Source: an uncultured Clostridia bacterium (GTDB lineage Bacteria; Bacillota; Clostridia; Christensenellales; Borkfalkiaceae). From it: 62,120 nucleotides of DNA. Both the position numbers and the translations under genes were made by a program. The stretch is from positions 1-62,120 of the forward strand of contig CANQAZ010000001.1 in assembly GCA_947589555.1 (NCBI GenBank), in the 5' to 3' direction. Positions 43,339-50,071 of the stretch are shown in pieces. Numbering within the stretch: position 1 is the stretch's first letter; each line of letters starts with the position of its first letter. The notes below the pieces were generated by a model. It made no database searches. It saw only the letters and a list, made by a program, of their open reading frames with translations, and had not been told where the DNA came from.

Positions 43339-43357
43339 GGCATAATACTATGCAAAA
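43330..43357 (-). repeat. Motif copy O4 (minus strand): TTTTGCATAGTATTATGCCAGGCATAAT
   Basis: Starts 5 nt after the dacF-like stop at 43362. It has 3 mismatches to the 23-nt O1 core, all within the N5 spacer of the ATTATG/CATAAT palindrome. Confidence 0.9.
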
Positions 43358-43361
43358 TACC

Positions 43362-44522
43362 TTAAAGCGCCCAATCGCGTGCCATTTCCCGATAGGCGTC
43401 CCACCAGCCGAAGCGCGCCGCATCTTCCAGTGCGATGAGCGGCGTCTCGTCGACCGCAACGCCTCGATAGAACAAAGTCGCCTTTCCTACGGCGTCCCCC
43501 ATCCGGACGGGAGCGCGCAGATCTTCCTCTACCGAAACATCGAGGGTGTAATCTTCCTCTTCTCCTCGCTTGCAAAAGCCCGCAAGCGCGTGTTCGGCGC
43601 CGATCGCAAGGTCCGACTGCTTTGCTCCGCGCACTGCGGCGCGCACGTCGAGCGGCTTCCCCTCTTCGAGGAAAATTTTTGAGGAATAGTCCGCAAATCC
43701 CTCGTCGAACATAGCGGCGACGGACGCGTTGCGCGTTTTTGCGCTCTCCGCGCCGATGACGACGGCGATAAGGCGGGTATTTTCGCGCTTGGCGGTCGCC
43801 GCGAGGCAGAATCCCGCTTCATTGGTGAAGCCCGTCTTTCCCCCGTCGCAACCCCGATAGTGGCGGATGAGTTTATTTGTGTTCGTCATACTCGTCGTTC
43901 TGCCGTCGGGATGGGCAAAATCTTCGAGCCAAACGCGGGAAAATTCATAATATTTTTCATGGTGCAAAAGAGCCCGCAACATGAGGGAAACGTCCTGCGC
44001 ACAGGAATACTGCGGGTCCTTCGGGAGCCCCGTGCAGTTGGCGAAGAGGGTGTTCTCCGCACCGAGTTGCTTTGCGCGCTCGTTCATGCGGGCGACGAAG
44101 GCCGCTTCACTGCCCGCGACCCGCTCGGCAAGCGCAACGCAGGAATCGTTTGCGGAGCATACGGCCACGCTCTTCATGAGTTGTTCGGCGGAATAGGAAA
44201 GGTTTGCGCCCAAAAATACCTGCGAGCCCCCCATCCCCGCGGCGTTTTCGCTCGCCGTAACTTGTTCTTCATAGGCAAGTTCCCCTCTGTCCACCGCTTC
44301 AAAGGTCAAAAGCAGGGTCATGATCTTGCACATGCTCGCAATGGGAAGATGGTCCGTTTCGTTTTTGGCGTAGACGACGGCGCCCGTTTCGTAGTCGCAA
44401 AGATAGGCCGCTTTGCCTTCGGGCTCCGCTGTGAGCGCGGAGGCATGCGTTGTGGGCGCGCCTCCGAATACAATGGCTCCCGCCGCAATGGCGGCAAGGG
44501 TAAATCCGATCATTTTTTTCAT
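43362..44522 (-). CDS. D-alanyl-D-alanine carboxypeptidase (S11 family, DacF/DacA-like)
   Basis: MKKMIGFTLAAIAAGAIVFG signal peptide, with SxxK (ASMCKIMT), SxN (SAND) and KTG (KTGFT). Start is the ATG at 44522; the longer track ORF is read-through. Confidence 0.88.
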   Translation of the reverse strand: MKKMIGFTLAAIAAGAIVFGGAPTTHASALTAEPEGKAAYLCDYETGAVVYAKNETDHLPIASMCKIMTLLLTFEAVDRGELAYEEQVTASENAAGMGGSQVFLGANLSYSAEQLMKSVAVCSANDSCVALAERVAGSEAAFVARMNERAKQLGAENTLFANCTGLPKDPQYSCAQDVSLMLRALLHHEKYYEFSRVWLEDFAHPDGRTTSMTNTNKLIRHYRGCDGGKTGFTNEAGFCLAATAKRENTRLIAVVIGAESAKTRNASVAAMFDEGFADYSSKIFLEEGKPLDVRAAVRGAKQSDLAIGAEHALAGFCKRGEEEDYTLDVSVEEDLRAPVRMGDAVGKATLFYRGVAVDETPLIALEDAARFGWWDAYREMARDWAL

Positions 44523-44557
44523 ATCCGCAGTTTGCGCAGTTTTTCGGAAAATACACA

Positions 44558-45157
44558 TCAGAAGATATTTCCGAGGGGATGGAAGAGGGCGAGCAAAAGG
44601 AGCATTTCCGCAAGCCCTATCGCGGCGAGCAAGGCGAGAAGGAGGAGAAAATCGGAGAGAAGAAAGAGCCAATCCTGTTTTCCGAAGCAAAAACGGGCAG
44701 CCCTTCCGTAAGACAGCGCGCCCGCGAAACACAAAACGGCGTCCACGGCGAGGTGGACGGGAAGATAGAGCCCTATTACGATGAGGGCTCCCGCAAAGCG
44801 ATACACCGAGAAAAAGATGTAGAGACTTCCGCCCAGCGTGTAGGCGCGGTAGACGAGGACGATGGGCGGAAAGATACAGCCTACGACGTGGACGCCCGAG
44901 AGCCCGATGACGGCAAGGAGTACGGCGTGGCCCGCGAGGCGTTCTATGTAGATCTCCAAAACACTGCGGTCGGAAAAGCAGACGCGGTTTACGAAGCGGT
45001 CGCAGACCGTGATGTGGTAATCGTACATCGCGGGCGTCGTGACGAATATCAGACCGAGCACCATCCCGGCAAGAAAGAGCACGGCGAACACGAGAAGCGT
45101 TTTTTTGCGCTCGAACGCGCGGCCGAAACATTCGCGGAAACGAAAAAAGATGTTCAT
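44558..45157 (-). CDS. Polytopic membrane protein, possibly stage II sporulation protein M-like
   Basis: MNIFFRFRECFGRAFERKKTLLVFAVLFLAGMVLGLIFV... has about 5 hydrophobic segments. Its size and N-terminal layout resemble SpoIIM. The start is uncertain (ATG at 45157 or 45175, TTG at 45211), and both ATGs lie inside the hairpin at 45147-45178. Confidence 0.45.
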   Translation of the reverse strand: MNIFFRFRECFGRAFERKKTLLVFAVLFLAGMVLGLIFVTTPAMYDYHITVCDRFVNRVCFSDRSVLEIYIERLAGHAVLLAVIGLSGVHVVGCIFPPIVLVYRAYTLGGSLYIFFSVYRFAGALIVIGLYLPVHLAVDAVLCFAGALSYGRAARFCFGKQDWLFLLSDFLLLLALLAAIGLAEMLLLLALFHPLGNIF

Positions 45158-45178
45158 ATACAATGATATGAACATCTT
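45143..45178 (-). terminator. 13-bp perfect hairpin plus T-run after spoIVB
   Basis: On the minus strand: AAGATGTTCATAT-CATTGT-ATATGAACATCTT followed by TTTT. Confidence 0.7.
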
Positions 45179-45200
45179 CGCCCGAATATCCCCTTTTTCG

Positions 45201-46214
45201 TCAATTTCCAAGCATATTTTCGATGCCGATACCGTAGCCGCGCGTCGGATCGTTGATAAAGACGTGGGTGACTGCGCCGATGAGTTTTCCGTTCTGGACG
45301 ATGGGACTGCCGCTCATCCCCTGCACGATGCCGCCCGTTTCCTCGATGAGGCGGGGGTCTGTCACTTTTACGACAAAATTTTTGTTCTCGCCGTTATGGA
45401 CGTCCACTTTGGCGATGGCGATTTCGTACTTTTTCGGAGTCACGCCGTCCACCGTGGAGTAGATATAGGCCGTTCCGATGGTCGCCTCCGTGAGGGGCGC
45501 CGCCCCGACGACTTCGCAATCCGAAAAATCATAGGCCGCATCAAAGGTGCCGTACAGCCCCGTATCGCAGACCGTCTCCGCGGAGGCGATCGTCTTATCG
45601 TTCAAAAAGAGTCCGCGCAATTCCCCCGCGCGCCCGCGCTTGCCCTTATTTACGCCGATGACACTGCAAAGATAGACGTTTTGATCGGCAATATCGAGCG
45701 TGCTCTTATTCTCGTCGCAGACGGCATGCCCGAGCGCGCCGAACCTGAGGTCCCCTTTGCGGATGTACGTTACGGTGCCGATGCCGGAGAGAGTATCGCG
45801 GATGAGCACGCCGAGTTTATACTTTCCGCTCTTTTCGTCCATGACGGGCGTTACGCTCACTTCCGCCGTGTCGCCGTTCCGCCTGACAAGAAGAACGACG
45901 CTCTTCCCGCCGCACACTTCGAGCGCCGCTCCCAAATCGGAAATTTTTTTGATCCGCATGCCGTTGACGGCACAGATCGTATCCCCGATCTTCAATCCCG
46001 CTTCCTCGGCCGGTTTGCGGCGGCCCTCCTTGCCGGCGATCTCGGTGAATCCCACGATCTCCGTACCGCCCGCCGAGAGCGAAAAGCCGGCCGTCATCCC
46101 GCCCAAATAATATTCTTCCGTTGCGGCGCCCGCTTCAAATTGCCCCGCGCCGCAGAACACGGCGCACAGGGCGGCAACGAGCACGGCCGCAAATAAAAAT
46201 TTCAGCCTACGCAT
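45201..46214 (-). CDS. spoIVB: SpoIVB peptidase (S55)
   Basis: Signal anchor, a PDZ region (AGLKIGDTICAVNG), and the catalytic region GTVTYI...GALGH...GMSGSPIVQNGKLIGAVTHVF. Confidence 0.92.
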   Translation of the reverse strand: MRRLKFLFAAVLVAALCAVFCGAGQFEAGAATEEYYLGGMTAGFSLSAGGTEIVGFTEIAGKEGRRKPAEEAGLKIGDTICAVNGMRIKKISDLGAALEVCGGKSVVLLVRRNGDTAEVSVTPVMDEKSGKYKLGVLIRDTLSGIGTVTYIRKGDLRFGALGHAVCDENKSTLDIADQNVYLCSVIGVNKGKRGRAGELRGLFLNDKTIASAETVCDTGLYGTFDAAYDFSDCEVVGAAPLTEATIGTAYIYSTVDGVTPKKYEIAIAKVDVHNGENKNFVVKVTDPRLIEETGGIVQGMSGSPIVQNGKLIGAVTHVFINDPTRGYGIGIENMLGN

Positions 46215-46283
46215 GCAAACCTCCGTATGCAGAAGTTAATTTGCGTAAGCCGAAATGTTCTATTCGCCGAAAAAGGTCTTTGC

Positions 46284-47975
46284 TTATAGGGAGTTTTTGT
46301 AAATTGCGGCGTCCTTCATGAGCGCGGCGGCGTGTTGAAGGGCGATCGGGCTATCCGAGCCGTCGATGAGCCGCGCGATTTCGCGGAGCCGCCCTTCCTC
46401 CGCCAACTGCCCGATCTCCGTGCGCGTGCGGCCGCCCTCTTCCCTTTTTTCGATGTAGAACTGGCGGTCGGCGAGCGAGGCGATCTGCGCAAGATGGGTC
46501 ACGGCAATGATCTGCACGCCGCGCGAAATTTTGCAGAACTTTTCCGCAACGACGCGCGCCGTTTTGCCGCCGATGCCCGCGTCGATCTCATCGAAAATAT
46601 AGGTCCCGATCTCCCCGATCGCGGAAAGTTGGGATTTTACGGCGAGCATGAAACGGCTCATTTCGCCGCCGCTGATGATGCTTCCGAGGTCCTTCAAGGG
46701 CTCGCCCGCATTGGCGGAAAAGAGGAATTTTACTTCGCCGAGCCCCTCCGAAATTGCATTTTTGACGTCATCGCGGGTGTAATCTCCGAAATAAACTTCG
46801 AATTTTGCGGCGGAAATATTGAGCGTCTTCAACTCTTCCGTCACCCGTGCGGTGAATTGCGTTGCGGCGCGCTTTCTCGCTTCGGTGAGGGCGAGGCAAT
46901 CCTTGTAGAGCCCGTCTTCCTCCTCCGCAAGTTCTCGGGTAAGTTTTGCGTACCGCTCGCCGCTGTCCGAGAGCATTTCGCTCTCCTCCACGGCGCGGGA
47001 CAAAAATTCTATTGCCGCTCGGACGCTTCCGCCGTATTTTTTTTCGATCGTGCGGATCTCTTCGAGCCGCTCCTCGACCCGCGCCTCTTCGCGCTCGTCG
47101 AAATTGAGTTCGTCGAGACAGCGTTCCGCTTCGCTCGCGATGTCATCAAGTTCCGCGGCCGCGTTTTCGAGACGGTCACCGAGGGCGGAATATTCCGCGG
47201 AATAGCCGCAAACGGCGCCGAGAGCGCGTTTTGCTCCGTTTACGCCGTCGATCCCCCCGCCGTCGCCGCAGAGAAAATCACGTGCGCCGCTCAGAGCCTG
47301 CAAAATCTTTTCCGCATTGCGGAAGCGCGTGCGGAGCGCCGTCAACTCCTCTTCTTCCCCCTCTTTGAGTTCGGCGCGCGTCAGTTCGTCGATCTGATAG
47401 CGGAGAATGTCCAGTCGGCGGCTCCGTTCCCCCTCGTCGCCTCCCAACAGTTTCAGCGATGCGAGGATCTCCTTTCTTGCCTCCAAACGGTTCCTGACCG
47501 CTTGCTTGGCCGATGCGACCTCTTCGCCCGCAATGCTGTCCAAAAGGCGGAGTTGATTGCTTTCTTTGAGCAAAAAGAAGTGCTCGCTTTGCCCGTGCAC
47601 GTCCACGAGAAGCGCGGTGAGACGTTTGAGCATTGCGAGCGTTATGGTGCAACCGTTGACGCGGACGGCGCTCCTTCCGTCCGCGGTGAGTTTGCGCGAG
47701 AGAATGAGCACCTCCTCCCGTTCGACGTCCATCTCTGCGAGAACGGCCCCGACCTCCTCGCCGTACGCGGAAAATTCGGCGCGCACCGAACATTCGGACG
47801 CACCGAAGCGGATCATGCTCTTATCCGCCTTTGCCCCGAGGACAAAGTCGATACAGTCGAGGATGATCGATTTCCCGGCGCCCGTTTCGCCCGTCAGGAC
47901 GTTGAGCCCCGCCGAAAATTCCAGTTCGGCGCGGTCGATGAGCGCTACGTTTTGTATGGTGAGCCGTTCCAGCAT
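46284..47975 (-). CDS. recN: DNA repair protein RecN
   Basis: 563 aa with LNVLTGETGAGKSIILD (Walker A), a coiled-coil middle, and ISGGEMSRFMLA with YIFDEIDAGIGG at the C-terminus. Confidence 0.95.
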   Translation of the reverse strand: MLERLTIQNVALIDRAELEFSAGLNVLTGETGAGKSIILDCIDFVLGAKADKSMIRFGASECSVRAEFSAYGEEVGAVLAEMDVEREEVLILSRKLTADGRSAVRVNGCTITLAMLKRLTALLVDVHGQSEHFFLLKESNQLRLLDSIAGEEVASAKQAVRNRLEARKEILASLKLLGGDEGERSRRLDILRYQIDELTRAELKEGEEEELTALRTRFRNAEKILQALSGARDFLCGDGGGIDGVNGAKRALGAVCGYSAEYSALGDRLENAAAELDDIASEAERCLDELNFDEREEARVEERLEEIRTIEKKYGGSVRAAIEFLSRAVEESEMLSDSGERYAKLTRELAEEEDGLYKDCLALTEARKRAATQFTARVTEELKTLNISAAKFEVYFGDYTRDDVKNAISEGLGEVKFLFSANAGEPLKDLGSIISGGEMSRFMLAVKSQLSAIGEIGTYIFDEIDAGIGGKTARVVAEKFCKISRGVQIIAVTHLAQIASLADRQFYIEKREEGGRTRTEIGQLAEEGRLREIARLIDGSDSPIALQHAAALMKDAAIYKNSL

Positions 47976-47981
47976 CCGCGA

Positions 47982-48437
47982 TCAGCCCTTCATGATCCCG
48001 AACAGACGGTCGCAGACCCTCTTCGCTTCATCGGCGGTCTCGCAGATACTGAGGACGGTATCCGTGCCCGCGATCGTGCCGATGACTTCGGGATATTCGA
48101 GTTTATCGATGACGACGCCCGCATTTCCCCCGTTGCCGTACAACGTTTTGATGACGATGAGGTTGCCGACGAGGCGGATGTTCAATACGCAAGCCTGAAA
48201 AAGGGTGCGCATCTTTTCCGAAATGCCCGATTCCCCCTCCGAAATGGAAGCATAGCGGAAGCGCTTGGTCCGCCCCTTCACCTTAAAGAGGTGCAACTCT
48301 TTGATGTCGCGCGAGACGGTCGCTTGCGTGACGGGGAAGTTGTGCAGGGCGAGTTCCTCGCAGAGTTCCTCCTGCGTCTCGATCTCCTTTTCGGAGATGA
48401 TTTCGAGAATCTTGCTGTGTCTTGAATTTCTCAACAT
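47982..48437 (-). CDS. argR: Arginine repressor
   Basis: RHSKILEIISEKEIETQEELCEELALHNFPVTQATVSRDIKEL and the C-terminal GTIAGTDTV motif. Confidence 0.93.
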   Translation of the reverse strand: MLRNSRHSKILEIISEKEIETQEELCEELALHNFPVTQATVSRDIKELHLFKVKGRTKRFRYASISEGESGISEKMRTLFQACVLNIRLVGNLIVIKTLYGNGGNAGVVIDKLEYPEVIGTIAGTDTVLSICETADEAKRVCDRLFGIMKG

Positions 48438-48453
48438 TTTTTCTACCCTCTCA

Positions 48454-49245
48454 TTAGTTGATTTTTTCAGTTAAACGGCGAAAATACCGATTTTTGTCCC
48501 GTGTCAAAAAGGTCGCGCTCCGCGTAGATTTCCGCACGGTGACGACTTCGTTTCCGCCGACCGTGCCGAGGTAAATGCCGTCGCCGTACAAAAGAAGGGA
48601 TTCTTCCTCCGGCAGGCGGAAGGAAAGCACGCTTCTATCGGAGTAGACGATGGGACGGCTCCGCATGGAGAGCGCGCAAACGGGCGTGAGCATAAACGCG
48701 GCGCAGTCCGGCGTCAGGATGCTCCCCCCCGCGGAGAGAGAATAGGCCGTGGAGCCCGTGGGCGTGCACACGATGAGCCCGTCCGCACGGAATTGCGCGG
48801 CGGGAGTGCCGTCCAATGCGACCGAAAGGCTGACGGCGCGGTTATCTCGCCCCGCAACGATTTCGTGCAGGAAAGCAATCTCGTTAAGGCAATGGGTTTT
48901 TCGTCCGCCCGCTTCGATTTCGAGCATGGAGCGTTCGATCGTCGTGCCCCCATCGCCGAGCACGAATTTTACCCCTTCGCCGAGTTCGTTGCGCTCAAAT
49001 TCCGTCAAAAAGCCGAGTTTTCCGAAATTGACGCCGACGAGCGGGATGCGCAGAACGGCCGTTTTGCGCGCGGCGCGCAGGACGGTGCCGTCCCCGCCGA
49101 GCACGATGAGCCGCTCGACGCCGTCTATTTCTTCGGCGTGCGTAAAAAGAACGACTTCGCCGCCCGCACGGCGGATCTCGCCCGCGAGCCCCTCGACCGT
49201 TTCCCTTTCGACTTGTTGCGTATTGTAATAGACCCCGATCGTCAT
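48454..49245 (-). CDS. nadK: NAD kinase
   Basis: MTIGVYYN...LIVLGGDGTVLRAAR (GGDG motif)...TPTGSTAYSLSAGG. Start is the ATG at 49245. Confidence 0.92.
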   Translation of the reverse strand: MTIGVYYNTQQVERETVEGLAGEIRRAGGEVVLFTHAEEIDGVERLIVLGGDGTVLRAARKTAVLRIPLVGVNFGKLGFLTEFERNELGEGVKFVLGDGGTTIERSMLEIEAGGRKTHCLNEIAFLHEIVAGRDNRAVSLSVALDGTPAAQFRADGLIVCTPTGSTAYSLSAGGSILTPDCAAFMLTPVCALSMRSRPIVYSDRSVLSFRLPEEESLLLYGDGIYLGTVGGNEVVTVRKSTRSATFLTRDKNRYFRRLTEKIN

Positions 49246-49255
49246 GCCATAACTA

Positions 49256-49283
49256 ATTATATCGTATATTTGTATAAATGCAA
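49256..49283 (-). promoter_or_regulatory. Promoter TTGCAT-N16-TATAAT 10 nt before the nadK ATG (near-leaderless)
   Basis: On the minus strand TTGCAT is at 49283-49278 and TATAAT at 49261-49256. No SD sequence. Confidence 0.5.
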
Positions 49284-49291
49284 GTGTTTTT

Positions 49292-50071
49292 CTAAAAATT
49301 TTTTCGGTTTTCGTAAAAATTTGCGGCGCGGGCAAGAAATTTCGCCTCGCTGAGGCCCGCACGTCCCTTGACGAGGAACACGACGTATTCGACGTTCTTT
49401 TTGGGGCGGAGCGGCGCATTGATGACGTCTTGCGGGAAGAGTCCGCACGCGCAGGCCTCCGCGTAAAATTTGCGCAGAAGCGGAGAATGGCGGGCGGGAG
49501 GCAGGATGCCGCTCTTGCCGAGCCCCTTCCCCTCGCATTCGAATTGGGGCTTAAAGAGAAGGAAAGCCTCTCCGCCGTCCGGCAGGATGTTTACAACGGC
49601 GGGAAGGATGAGTTTGAGCGAAATGAAACTCAGATCGGAAACGACGCCGTCGATGGGCTCCGGGAAGCGGTCTCTTGTCAGATAGCGTGCGTTGGTGCCG
49701 TCCATTACGACGACCTTGCCCGTCCGGAGCAGGGCGGGAGCGAGTTGACTTTCGCCTACGTCCACGCAGTAGACGCGTTTTGCGCCGTTTTGGAGGAGAC
49801 AATCGGTAAAACCGCCCGTGCTTGCGCCGAGATCGGCGAAAATTTTGCCCTCGGGAGAAGCCGAAAACACCGAAAACCCGCGGGCCAACTTAAATCCGCC
49901 GCGGGAAACATAGCGTTCTTTCTCCTCTGCAAAATAGATATCATCCCCGTCAAAGACCTCATCTTTGGGGGATAAGGGCTTTCCGTTGCGAAGAATGAGC
50001 CCTTGCGCGAGCAGATCGTGCGCTTTCGTGCGGGAGCCGAAGCGCTCCGCAAAGTATTTATCCGCGCGCAT
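49292..50071 (-). CDS. tlyA: TlyA-family rRNA (cytidine-2'-O)-methyltransferase
   Basis: MRADKYFAERFGSRTKAHDLLAQGLILRNG is the S4 domain, and LGASTGGFTDCLLQNGAKRVYCVDVG is the SAM motif. ATG at 50071, with an alternative GTG at 50080. Confidence 0.9.
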   Translation of the reverse strand: MRADKYFAERFGSRTKAHDLLAQGLILRNGKPLSPKDEVFDGDDIYFAEEKERYVSRGGFKLARGFSVFSASPEGKIFADLGASTGGFTDCLLQNGAKRVYCVDVGESQLAPALLRTGKVVVMDGTNARYLTRDRFPEPIDGVVSDLSFISLKLILPAVVNILPDGGEAFLLFKPQFECEGKGLGKSGILPPARHSPLLRKFYAEACACGLFPQDVINAPLRPKKNVEYVVFLVKGRAGLSEAKFLARAANFYENRKNF

